From an uncultured Gemmatimonadales bacterium (lineage in GTDB: Bacteria > Gemmatimonadota > Gemmatimonadetes > Longimicrobiales > Gaopeijiaceae), in assembly GCA_963823035.1 (NCBI GenBank), contig CAWGKG010000013.1, positions 11,498 through 75,497 on the forward strand: DNA of 64,000 nucleotides, read 5' to 3'. Shown here one piece after another: positions 1 to 10,079 of this stretch. The notes under the pieces are model-generated. The model saw only the letters and a list, made by a program, of their open reading frames with translations. It ran no database searches and was not told where the DNA came from. A program made the position numbers and the translations under genes. The stretch's first letter is position 1. The number at the start of each line of letters is the position of its first letter.

Positions 1-2550
1 TGGAACAGGATCGTCTCCAGCAGCACGCTGCCGAACCAGGCGCCCGCGGCCCCCAGCACCAGGCCCACGAGCGCCAGGCGCACGGCCCCGACCACCACCG
101 AGCCCGCAACCTCTCCCGCGCCCGCCCCGAGCGCCCGCCGCAGCGCGATCTCCGGGGTGCGCTGCCCGACGGTGAACGCCAGCACGCCGTAGATCCCCAC
201 GCCCGAGAGCACGAGGGCGAGCAGGCTGAACAGCCCCATGAGGAAGGCGGCGAAACGGGGGGTGGCGGTGAGTCCCGCGTAGGCGTGCTCGAGGGCGTCC
301 GCCGCGAAGAGCGGGATGGCCGGATCGAGCCCCGCCACCGCCTGCCGCACCTCGGGGAGCACGGAGGCGAGGCCGCCCCGGGCACGGAACGAGACCTCGA
401 GCGTCCTCGACGGCATCTGCTCGATCGAGAAGAAGACGTCGGGGCTGTTCCGCTCCTCCATCATGTCCTGCGTGAGGTTCCGGTAGCGAACGTTCTCCAC
501 CACGCCGACGATCTCGGCAAGGTTGTCCGGGTCCGCCGGATTCCCGATCGCGATCGTCCTGCCCACGCCGCCGGGATCGTCCGGGAAGACGCGGTCCACC
601 ATCGCCTGCGTGACGACCACGACGCCCCGTGCGTCCTCGGCATCCTGCTCCTCGAGCGTGCGACCCCGGAGCAGCTCGATGCCCAGGTTCTCGAAGTAGC
701 CGGGCGTGACGCTGTGCCGGTGGTAGCGGATGCGGTGCTCCACGTCGTCGGGGCGGACCATGATCGCCCCGCTGCTGCGGCCACGGAACGGGAAGTCGGA
801 CGAAGCAGCGACCGACGACACGCCGGGGACCGTCCCGACGCGGCGCACGATCTCGCGCGTGAACTGCCGCAACGCCTCCGCGTCCGGATAGCGCTCCCGC
901 GGCGGCTGCACGCGGAAGACGTAGACGCCGTCCATGTCCAGTCCGGGATCGACGGCGAGCTGCGCGCGGAAGCTGCGACCGAGGAGCCCCGCGCCCACCA
1001 GGAGCAGCAAGGCGAGCCCCACCTGCACGATCACGAAGCCCTGTTGGGCGCGCGCGCGTCGTCCCGTGACGCCACGCCCCCCCGAGCGGAGCGCGCCCGC
1101 CAGGTCGGCCCGCGCGCCCGAAGCGGCCGGCACGGTCCCGGCGATGATCCCGGCCAGGCCGACCACCACGACCGAGAAGAGAAAGACGCGGAGGCTCAGC
1201 CCGGGCGTCACGAAGTCCGGCAGCACCCCCTGGGGGATCAGCGGCACCACGGCCCGCACCGCGAGCCAGGCGAGCGCCAGCCCGAAGACCCCGCCGACCA
1301 CCGCCAGCACCAGGCTCTCGGTGAGGAGTTGCCGGGCGACGCGCGCGCCGTCCGCCCCCACGGCCCGGCGCACAACCAGCTCGCGGGAGCGCGCGTGCGC
1401 GCGCACGAGGAGGAGGTTGGCGACGTTCGCGGAGGCGATGAGGAGCAGGAGGAGGCCGGATCCCACCAGGACCCAGAGCAGCCGGCCCGTCCCGCCCAGG
1501 AATCCGTCGCGGAACGTCTGGACCTCCGCCCACCGGTCCTGGTTCACGTCCGGATACTCAGCCTGGAGATCGCGGGCGATGGCGTCCATCTCGCTCTGCG
1601 CGCGCGCCGTGTCCGCGCCGGCGGCCAGCCTCCCGACCACGCCGAGGAAGCGCGTGCCGCGGCTGTCGAGGACGTCCGCCGATCCGACCAGCGACATCAT
1701 GCCGATGGGCAGCCAGGCGTCGACGTCGGGGCTGATGCCCCGGAACCCCGGCGGCATGACGCCCAGCACGGTGACCGGCCGGTCGTTGAGCTCGATGGTG
1801 CGTCCGACCGCGGCCGGATCGGCCCCGAAGCGGCGGCGCCACAGCCCGTCGGAGATGACCACGAGCGGGTACCCGTCGGGGGTCTCCGCCTCTTCGGGCG
1901 TGAAGGTGCGGCCGAGGGCGGCCTCGCCGTCGAGCAGCTCGAAGAAGTCGCGGCTCACCAGCTCGCCGATGATGCGCTCGGCCTCGCCGTCGCCGCTCAG
2001 CGTGAGACCGTTCGGGTCCACGGCCACCATCGGCGAGATGGTGCGGGAGCGCTCGCGCCAGTCGCGGAACTCCGGGACGGAGGCCATGCGGATCGCCCGC
2101 TCCCCGTCCGCGAGGTGGTAGCCGTTCACGAACACGAGCCTGTCCGCGCCGGGGAACGGCAGCGCCCGCAGGACGGCGGCGTCCAGCACGCTGAAGATCG
2201 CCGTGTTCCCCGCCACGGCCAGCGCGAGCGTCAGCGCCGCGACCACGAAGAAGAGCGGATTGCGCCGGAAGGTCCGGAACGCGTAGGCCACGTCCTGTCT
2301 CACGTTCTCCATCATCTTCCTCCCCTCCTCACGTCCCGGGCGGGCCTCCCGCCTCATTTCGGATTCGATCCGTTCCACGTCGCCGAACCGCTCCTCCGCG
2401 ATCCGGCGTGCCTCGCCGCGCGTATGACCCTCGCGCAACCAGCTCCTCGGTGCGCAGCTCGAGGTAGAGCTCGATCTCCTCGCGGCGCTCGGCGTCTCCG
2501 GAGCGCGTGGCCCCGGGCCTGAGCACACGCCGAAACGGCCAGCGAGGCAC
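1..2550 (-). CDS. ADOP-type duplicated MacB/FtsX-family permease (3' end outside window; one frameshift near 2436)
   Basis: N-terminal prefix domain (EEIELYLELRTEELVA...EARRIAEERFGDV across the shift); minus-strand translation near 1-260 gives FSLLALVLSGVGIYGVLAFTVGQRTPEIALRRALGA, a typical FtsX C-terminal motif; follows a PadR gene. Confidence 0.9.
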
Positions 2551-2553
2551 GGG

Positions 2554-2886
2554 CTACCGGCCTCCCCCCGACAGGATGGCGGCCACCGCGTCGGAGTATT
2601 CCGCCCAGCGGTCGGCCTCGGCCTTGAGGTGGTCCGCGCCGAGGGCGGTGATGCGGTAGAACTTGGCGCGGCGGCCGGTGTCGGTGCGCCCCCACTCGGA
2701 CTCGAGCAGGGCGCGGCGCTCCAGGCGATGGAGCGCGGGATAGAGGGCGCCTTCCTCCACGGCGAGCACGCCCTCGCTGCCGTCACGGATCGCCTTCCCG
2801 ATCGCGTAGCCGTGCAGCGGCGCCGCCTCGAGGGTGCGCAGGATCAGGATGTCCAGCGTTCCGGTGAAGAGATCGCTTCCGCTCAC
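2554..2886 (-). CDS. PadR-family transcriptional regulator (acidobacterial type)
   Basis: GTG start; LFTGTLDILILRTL...HGYAI...VEEGALYPALHRLE...GRRAKFYRITALG. Confidence 0.93.
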   Translation of the reverse strand: MSGSDLFTGTLDILILRTLEAAPLHGYAIGKAIRDGSEGVLAVEEGALYPALHRLERRALLESEWGRTDTGRRAKFYRITALGADHLKAEADRWAEYSDAVAAILSGGGR

Positions 2887-2963
2887 CCGCGTGCCCTCCG
2901 GCTCGGCCCCGATGGATCGGCGTCCCCGACACGGGGCGCCGCGCGAGGCTCCGCCGACGCCTC

Positions 2964-2999
2964 GCTCACTTAGGTATAAAGGCCGATGCCTAAGTGAGC
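2964..2999. promoter_or_regulatory. Inverted repeat upstream of padR, putative PadR operator
   Basis: GCTCACTTAGGTAT-N8-ATGCCTAAGTGAGC, 14-bp arms with one mismatch, AT-rich, about 80 bp upstream of padR. Confidence 0.55.
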
Positions 3000-3064
3000 A
3001 AGGGGTATGCTCCCAGCGGGCGTCGAGCGGCGGTCCCGGCGTGCCGGGCCCCGGCATCGTCAGG

Positions 3065-3577
3065 TCAGGTCGCCGCGGGCTCCAGCACCGCGAGGAGCCG
3101 CCGACCCTCGATCGTCTTCGAGACGTGCTCGACGCGCGCGATGTCCGACGTGGCCTCGAGCATCTTCTCGAGCTTCGCCACGCCGACCTCGGGGCGGCGC
3201 AGCTCGCGCCCGCGATAGCGCATGACCACGCGCACGATGTTGCCGGCCTTCAGGAACTTGCGGGCGCGCTTGAGCTTGGTGTCGAAGTCGTGGTCCTCGA
3301 TGCGGGGGCGAAGCTGCACCTCCTTGACCTCGGTGTGGTGCTGGTTCTTCCGGGCTTCCCGCTTCTTCTTCTGCTCCTGGTAGCGGTGCTTGCCCCAGTC
3401 CATGAGCCGCACGACGGGGGGACGGGCCGACGGGGCGACCTCGACGAGGTCGAGCTCGCGCTCCTGTGCGGCTTCTCTGGCCTGGCTGAGGGAGACGACG
3501 CCGAGCTGTTCTCCGTCGGCGTCGATGAGTCGGATGGGGCTGATGCGGATCTGGTCGTTGACGCGTGGATCTGAAAT
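3065..3577 (-). CDS. infC: Translation initiation factor IF-3 with ATT start
   Basis: AGGAGG-7nt-ATT, then SDPRVNDQIRISPIRLID...ELDLVEVAPSARPPVVRLMDWGK...KEVQLRPRIEDHDFDTK. Confidence 0.93.
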   Translation of the reverse strand: MSDPRVNDQIRISPIRLIDADGEQLGVVSLSQAREAAQERELDLVEVAPSARPPVVRLMDWGKHRYQEQKKKREARKNQHHTEVKEVQLRPRIEDHDFDTKLKRARKFLKAGNIVRVVMRYRGRELRRPEVGVAKLEKMLEATSDIARVEHVSKTIEGRRLLAVLEPAAT

Positions 3578-3734
3578 CTCACCGCCTCCTGTGGGGGTCG
3601 GTCCGGCGCCTTCATGAGGCGCCCGGGTCTGGAATGAGGATACTGTCCCAGACACGACTCTCTTTCTATTGTTCCGGTCCGCCCACTTGGCGGACCTGCC
3701 CCGGACCCTCCCCGGTTCCTTCTGCTGAGGAAAG

Positions 3735-5099
3735 TTGCCCGACGCCAACGACTACATTTCCCGCAATCTCCCGAGCTTCCACGACGACTTCGCGGAGCTC
3801 ATCGCCATTCCGAGCATCTCCACCGATCCGGGCCGCGCCCAGGACGTGGGGAAGGCGGCGGGTTGGGTACGCCGGCGCATGCAGCAGGCGGGGCTCGAGG
3901 CGACGATCGAGCAGACGCCCGGCCACCCCATCGTGGTGGGACGGCATCGAGCCGGCGCGGACGCTCCGACCCTCCTGGTGTACGCGCACTACGACGTCCA
4001 GCCCGCGGATCCGTTGGGGCAATGGTCGTCACCGCCCTTCGAGCTGACCCGCGACGGGGACCGCTTCGTGGCGCGCGGCGCCGCGGACGACAAGGCGCAG
4101 GTGGTGCTCCAGATCGCGGCCGCCGAGGCGGCGATCCGGAGCGGCGGTCTCCCGGTGAACCTCATCCTCCTCTTCGAGGGGGAGGAGGAGGTCGGATCCA
4201 CGAACCTCACGCCCTGGGTGGCGGCGAACCGCGACGCCCTCCGTACCGACCACGCCGTCATCGCCGACTCGATGATGTTCGCGCCGGGCCGTCCCTCGCT
4301 GATCTTCGGCATGCGCGGCATGGCCTACCTGGAGATCGAGGTGCGCACGGGCGCGCACGACCTGCACTCCGGACAGTACGGCGGCGCGGTGCCGAACCCG
4401 GCCCACGTCCTGGCGCGCATCGTGGCGTCCTTCCACGACGCGGACGGGCGCGTTGCCGTGGACGGCTTCTACGACGACGTCCGCGACATCCCCGCGGCGC
4501 TGCGCGCGGCATGGGGCGAGCTCGGATACGACGAGGACGCCTTCCAGCGCTCCGCGGGAGGCGCCGCGCTGACCGGCGAGCCTGGGTGGGCCACGCACGA
4601 GCGCCTCTGGATCCGCCCCTGCCTGGACGTGAACGGCATGCTATCGGGCTACACCGGCCCGGGAAAGAAGACCGTCCTGCCGGCCGTGGCCACGGCCAAG
4701 GTGAGCTGCCGCCTCGTGCCGGATCAGGACCCGGAGCGCATCGCCGGGCGCCTCGCGGACCACGTCAGGGCGCGCGCGCCCGAAGGCGTCGAGGTCACCG
4801 TCCACCCGCGCCAGACCAACCGGCCGTGGCGGGCGTCACCCGAAGGGCCGCTCTACCGCGCGGCCTCCGCCGCGCTCGCCGGCGTGTACGGGGTCGAGCC
4901 GGTGAAGGTCGCGCACGGGGGCACGCTGCCGATCGCGCGGGACTTCGCCGACCTGCTCACGCCCAGCGTGGCGGTGATGGGCTTCGCGCTCCCGGGCGCG
5001 AACATGCACGCTCCCGACGAGTGGATCGCCGTCGAGCAGCTCGAGAAGGGGATGCGCACGATGGTGGGGCTGTACCGGGAGCTGGCGTCGGGGAACTGA
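3735..5099 (+). CDS. M20/M25/M40-family dipeptidase (ArgE/DapE-like)
   Basis: YAHYDVQP, RGAADDK, EGEEEVGS, DLHSG and HAPDE metal-binding motifs. Confidence 0.9.
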   Translation: MPDANDYISRNLPSFHDDFAELIAIPSISTDPGRAQDVGKAAGWVRRRMQQAGLEATIEQTPGHPIVVGRHRAGADAPTLLVYAHYDVQPADPLGQWSSPPFELTRDGDRFVARGAADDKAQVVLQIAAAEAAIRSGGLPVNLILLFEGEEEVGSTNLTPWVAANRDALRTDHAVIADSMMFAPGRPSLIFGMRGMAYLEIEVRTGAHDLHSGQYGGAVPNPAHVLARIVASFHDADGRVAVDGFYDDVRDIPAALRAAWGELGYDEDAFQRSAGGAALTGEPGWATHERLWIRPCLDVNGMLSGYTGPGKKTVLPAVATAKVSCRLVPDQDPERIAGRLADHVRARAPEGVEVTVHPRQTNRPWRASPEGPLYRAASAALAGVYGVEPVKVAHGGTLPIARDFADLLTPSVAVMGFALPGANMHAPDEWIAVEQLEKGMRTMVGLYRELASGN

Positions 5100-5181
5100 C
5101 CGCCCCACGCGCTCGGGCGGTGAAGCCTTGCGCGGCGTGCTGCGGGCGAGCTGAGGGGCGCCTACCGAGGGCGGGCCCAGG

Positions 5182-6783
5182 TCAATCCGCGTGCACGGCC
5201 GGCCCGCGACCCCCACGCCTCGCCGTCGGCTTGCCCTCGCGGAAGAGGAGGAGCAGGGGGAGCGCCCCGATCAGCAGCGCCCCGCTGAGCAGGTAGATCT
5301 TCTCGAACGCGAGGACGTTCGCCTGCAGGAGAATCTGCCCGTCGATCGCCTTCAACGCGGCCTGGTGGGCGCTCGCCGCGTCCATCCCGCGGCTCATCAT
5401 CCCCGCCTGGATCTGACGCCAGGCGCTGCCTGCGCCATCGGGGAGTACGCCGAGAGCTGCGACGCCAGGATCGAATGCTCCTGGCTCACGAAGCGTGTAA
5501 GCAGCGACGCCATCCCCGCGATGCTGAGCGATCCGCCGAGCTGACGAAAGAAGTTGTTCAGCCCGGTGGCCTGCGACAGGTCGCGCGGGGCGATCTGCAG
5601 CAGCGTCAGGTTGGTGAGCGGCACGAAGATGAGGCCGAGGCCCAACCCTCTCCAGACGAGCGGCCAGAAGAGGTCGGTGGTGCCGGTTTGCGCGGTGATG
5701 GTCGAGAGCTGCCACATCCCCAGCCCGAAGCACACCGAGCCGATCACGATGAGCAGCCGGTTGTCGACCACCGCGCTGAGCCTACCCACCACGCCCATCG
5801 ACACGGCCGAGGCGATCGCGCCCGGCAGGATGATCAGCCCGGTCTGCCAGGCCGTCATGTGCAGCATGCCCTGCAGGAAGATCGGCAGGATGAACACCGA
5901 GCCGAACAGGCCCGCGCCCAGCACGATGCCCATGGCCGAGCCGGCCGTGAACTGGGCCTGCTTGAGCAGGCGCAGGTCGATCGCGGGGTGCTCCGATGCG
6001 CAGCTCGTGCCAGACCAGGAGGATCGCGGCGACCACCGACGCGACGCCGAGTCCGGTCACCAGGTTCGAGTCGAACCAGTCGAGGCGCTCGCCGCGCTCG
6101 AGCATGAGCTGGACCGCGCCCACCGCGACGATCAGCAGCCCGATGCCGATGCCGTCCACCCGCTTGCTGCGGACCTGCTCGGGGTGGTCGTGCACGTACG
6201 CCCCGATCATCGCCACGGCCAGGATGCCCACCGGCACGTTGATGAAGAAGATCCAGGGCCACGAGTAGTTGTCGGTGATCCACCCGCCGAGCGTCGGCCC
6301 GAGGGTCGGGCCCACCATGACGCCCATGCCGAAGAAGGCCATCCCCGTGCCGACCTCCTCGCGGGGGAAGGACTCCCACAGGATGGCCTGCGAGGTGGAG
6401 ATGAGCGCCCCGCCCCCGACGCCCTGCACGATGCGCCAGAGCACGAGCTCGCCGAGCGTGCGCGACGTACCGCACAGGAAGGAGGCGATCGTGAAGAGGA
6501 CGATCGAGCCGATGAAGTACCGCTTGCGCCCGAAGAAGTCCGAGAGCCACCCGGTGAGCGGGATGATGATCGCGGCCGCGATGATGTAGCCGGTGGACAC
6601 CCACGAGATCTCCTCCACCGTGGCGCCCAGGTTCCCCATCATGTGGGGGATGGCGACGTTCACGATCGAGGTGTCGATGACCTGCATCATCGACGCGAGC
6701 GACACGGCTGCCGCGATGATGTAGCGGTGCCGGTAGACGCGTTCCTCCGGCGTCTCGTCGCGGTGCGCGGCGGCGGCGCTCAT
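5182..6783 (-). CDS. emrB: DHA2/EmrB-family MFS efflux permease (frameshifts near 5990 and 5420)
   Basis: MMQVIDTSIVNVAIP, WVSTGY, GPTLGGWITDNYSWPWIFFINVPVG; split over three ORFs. Confidence 0.88.
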
Positions 6784-6808
6784 GCGTGCCTCGCGTGCTC
6801 GGCCGAGA

Positions 6809-7900
6809 TCAGCGGACGTCGATGTGCGCGACCACGGACATGCCGGGCCGTAGCGGCCGGTCGTCGCCGCATCCTTCCGTGATCGCGACGCGTACCGGGA
6901 CGCGCTGCACCACCTTGGTGAAGTTGCCCGTGGCGTTGTCCGGGGGGAGGAGCGCGAACTTCGATCCGGTCGCCGCGCTCATGCTCTCCACCATTCCGCG
7001 CGCGGCGCACCCCGGATACCCGTCGACGTCGAGCTCCACAGGCTGGCCGTCGTGCACGTCGGCGGTCTCGGTCTCCTTCAGGTTGGCCGTCACCCACACG
7101 GCGGAATCCGACACGACGGCGGCGAGCGGCTGCCCGGGCTGCACGAGCTGTCCCACCTCCACCTGCGTCCGGGAGATCGCGCCGGAGACGGGCGAGGTGA
7201 TGTGCGCGTAGCTCAGGTCGAGACGCGCCTGCTCGAGCGCGGCGCGCGCGCGGGCGAGCCGGGCGTCGGCGGCCCTGCCGGCCGCGCCGGCGGACACCTC
7301 GGACGCCCGCGCCGCGGCAACGTCCCGCGACAGGGCCTCGACGTCGGCCTCCGCGGCGGTGGCGGTCGCCTGGGCCGCGTCGAGCTGCTGCCTGGAGGCG
7401 ATCTGCTTGCCCGCCAGCTCCTCCACGCGGGCCAGGTCCTTGGCGGCCATGTCGGCGCGCGCGCGCGCCGAGGCGAGACGGGACTCGAGCGCCTGTCGGC
7501 GCGCATGACTCGCGGACGCCTCCGCCTCGACCTGGCCGGGCTGACCGTCCGAGCCCGCGGCCGCGATGGCCCCCGCGAGGTCCGCCTCCGCCTCCGACAG
7601 CTTCACCTGCAGCTCGGCGTCGTCGATGACGACCACGGTGTCGCCGCGCGCGACCGTCTGGTTGTCGGTGACGTGCACCTCCCGGACGTAGCCGCCGACC
7701 TTGGCGATCACCGGCACGATGCGGCCGTCCACCTGCGCGTTGTCCGTGGACACGTGGGCCCGGGCGTAGCTCCACCGCCGCACGCCCCACACGCCCACCA
7801 CCACCGCCGCGATCGCCAGCACCGCGAGCATCACGGTCCTGCGCGTACGGGGTGCCGCGGACGCGACCTTGGGGGCCTGGCTCTCCGACTGTTCGCTCAC
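6809..7900 (-). CDS. emrA: EmrA/HlyD-family membrane fusion protein
   Basis: STDNAQVDG, PPDNATGNFTKVVQRVPVRV, LRPGMSV; alternative start at 7921. Confidence 0.92.
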   Translation of the reverse strand: MSEQSESQAPKVASAAPRTRRTVMLAVLAIAAVVVGVWGVRRWSYARAHVSTDNAQVDGRIVPVIAKVGGYVREVHVTDNQTVARGDTVVVIDDAELQVKLSEAEADLAGAIAAAGSDGQPGQVEAEASASHARRQALESRLASARARADMAAKDLARVEELAGKQIASRQQLDAAQATATAAEADVEALSRDVAAARASEVSAGAAGRAADARLARARAALEQARLDLSYAHITSPVSGAISRTQVEVGQLVQPGQPLAAVVSDSAVWVTANLKETETADVHDGQPVELDVDGYPGCAARGMVESMSAATGSKFALLPPDNATGNFTKVVQRVPVRVAITEGCGDDRPLRPGMSVVAHIDVR

Positions 7901-7943
7901 GTCTTCCTCACGGGTTTCCACGTTCGGTTCGAAATCGTCCGGC

Positions 7944-9302
7944 TCACGGGAGCTCGGTCACGGTGCCGGTGGCGGCCGCCAGCGCCACGCGCGCGGCCTG
8001 CAGCGCGGACAGCACGTCCAGGCGGGCCGTGCGGGCCTCGTTCAGCCGCATGGCCGCCCGTACCACGTCGGCGGTGCCGGACACGCCGGCCCGCACGCGA
8101 TCCTCCTCCTGGTCGACCTCGAGCTGGGCCAGGCGCAGGCGCTCGTCCGCCGCGTCGGCCTGCTCGCGCGCGGCGCTCAGGTTGAGCAGCGCCTGGCGCA
8201 CCTGGAAGGCGACCTCGGCCTCCAGGTCCTCGATGCGGAAGTCCATCTCGTGGATGCGCGCCTCCTCCTCCTGGAGCTGGGCGGAGCGCTTCATCCCGTC
8301 GAAGAGCGGCACGCTCAGACGGAGACCCCACGAGTACGTGTTCAGCATGTGCCCGAAGCGCTTGCCGTAGTATCCCTCGTCGGCCGACAAGCTCAGTCGG
8401 GGAAGGCGCCCCGCCTTCACGGCGGAGAGACCCTCCGTGGCTGCCGTCCGGTAGGCGCGGGCCGTCGCCAGGTCGCTGCGCGCGTCGAGCGCCCGCGCCG
8501 TGGCCTCCGCCTCGGTGACCCTGTCGCTCGACGTCGCCGACTCCAGGTCGTCGACCAGCTCGATGGTGGCGTCGGCGGGAAGGCGGAGGGCCCTGCGGAG
8601 CGCCAGGTCCGCGATGTCCGCCCCGTGCCGCGCGCTGAGCAGCTGCGCCTGGATCGTGACCACCTGGGACTGCGCCCGTGTCACGTCCAATGCGACGGCC
8701 ACGCCCGCGTCCAGCTGTCCCTGCGCGACGCCGAGCAACTCGCGCGCGAGGTCGAGGTCCTGCTCACGCGCCACGACCTCGGCACGCGCGCGGATGTCGG
8801 CCACGTACACGCGGGCCGCGAGCGCCCCCGCCTGGTCCGCCGCGGCCTCCTCCTCCCGCATCGCCGCGTCGGCCCCGGCCTGCGCCGAGCGCCTGCGCCC
8901 GAGCGCCGACAGGTCCAGGAGCGGGAGCTCCGCGCTGGCACGCACGTCCGCGCTCCGCACCGGCCCCACCACCTCGCCGGCGGGATCGAAGAACGGCTCC
9001 TGCCCCGGAGCGGTGGGGAAGTCGAGCCCGAAGGAGGCCGTGTTGAAGGTGCGCGCCCCGCGGAGCACGTTCGCGTCGACCGTGGGGAGCAGGGCCGAGG
9101 TGCTCTGGCGCACCCGGGCCTGGGCACCCTCCACGCGGCTGCGGGCCTCGAGCACCGGGGCGCTGCGCTCGGCCGCGAGACGCGCCGCGTCGCCCAGCGT
9201 CAGGCGGTACGACCCCACGTCCTGCGCACGGGCGCCCCGCCCGCCCGCGAGCGCGCCGAGCGTACCCAGGAGCACCACCGTCCGTCGCATCGATCCGTTC
9301 AC
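7944..9302 (-). CDS. TolC-family outer membrane efflux protein
   Basis: Signal peptide, LTLGDAARLA, WGLRLSVPLFDG; GTGA overlap with tetR stop. Confidence 0.9.
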   Translation of the reverse strand: MNGSMRRTVVLLGTLGALAGGRGARAQDVGSYRLTLGDAARLAAERSAPVLEARSRVEGAQARVRQSTSALLPTVDANVLRGARTFNTASFGLDFPTAPGQEPFFDPAGEVVGPVRSADVRASAELPLLDLSALGRRRSAQAGADAAMREEEAAADQAGALAARVYVADIRARAEVVAREQDLDLARELLGVAQGQLDAGVAVALDVTRAQSQVVTIQAQLLSARHGADIADLALRRALRLPADATIELVDDLESATSSDRVTEAEATARALDARSDLATARAYRTAATEGLSAVKAGRLPRLSLSADEGYYGKRFGHMLNTYSWGLRLSVPLFDGMKRSAQLQEEEARIHEMDFRIEDLEAEVAFQVRQALLNLSAAREQADAADERLRLAQLEVDQEEDRVRAGVSGTADVVRAAMRLNEARTARLDVLSALQAARVALAAATGTVTELP

Positions 9303-9958
9303 GCGGCACCTCCCCGCGGCACGTTCCCGTGCGGCAGCAGAGCGCTGAAAAGGAAGTCCTTGATCTCGTTCACGAGCTCCTCGTCGGTTCGCTTCCCCAG
9401 GTGGGGAAAGATCTCCCGCCGGCTGCTCCACACCGCGTGGTGGGCCAGAAGCGCCACGATCATGCGCGCCGCAACCGCGGGATCCACGTCCCGGAAGGCC
9501 CCCGACCGGACGCCCTCGGCCACGATCTCCGCGGACAGCTCGATGGTGCGCCCCGACACCTCCTCCGCGTAGAACCGCGACACCTCCGGGAACTGGTGCA
9601 GCTCCGCCAGCACGAGCCGGTAGAACTGTCCGAAGTCCTTCTGACGGAGGTTGGCCCAGTACGCGTCGATGAAGCGCGTCAGACGGAGGACCGGCTCGCC
9701 CGGAGGGGCCGCCGAAGACAGCCCTTCGAGCGTGCGCCGCACCTTCGCCCGCATCGCCTCCCGGAAGAGCTCCTCCTTCCCGGGGAAGTACAGGTACACG
9801 GTGCCCTTGGAGACACCGGCGCGGGCGGCGATGTCCTCGACGCGCGCCCCGGCGAGACCCTGCTCGGCGAACACCTCGAGGGCGGCGCGCAAGATCTCGT
9901 CCGGGCGTTCGGCGGGACGACGGCGCCAGCGGGGGGCGTTGTCTGCGGGGCAGGTCAC
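9299..9958 (-). CDS. TetR/AcrR-family regulator
   Basis: ILRAALEVFAEQGLAGARVEDIAARAGVSKGTVYLYFPGKEELF HTH. Confidence 0.93.
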   Translation of the reverse strand: MTCPADNAPRWRRRPAERPDEILRAALEVFAEQGLAGARVEDIAARAGVSKGTVYLYFPGKEELFREAMRAKVRRTLEGLSSAAPPGEPVLRLTRFIDAYWANLRQKDFGQFYRLVLAELHQFPEVSRFYAEEVSGRTIELSAEIVAEGVRSGAFRDVDPAVAARMIVALLAHHAVWSSRREIFPHLGKRTDEELVNEIKDFLFSALLPHGNVPRGGAA

Positions 9959-9990
9959 AGCTTCGTGCCACGTCCGGCGGGAGGGTATTA

Positions 9991-10014
9991 CTAACTGACC
10001 GGTCGGTAAGTTAG
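9991..10014. promoter_or_regulatory. Imperfect palindrome, putative TetR operator
   Basis: CTAACTGACCGGTCGGTAAGTTAG, about 33 bp upstream of tetR. Confidence 0.65.
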
Positions 10015-10079
10015 ACGATCCGCAGGCCGACGTCAACGGTCCCGGCGTGGCTCCGCATGGACGAGGTTGGGCGAGCGTC

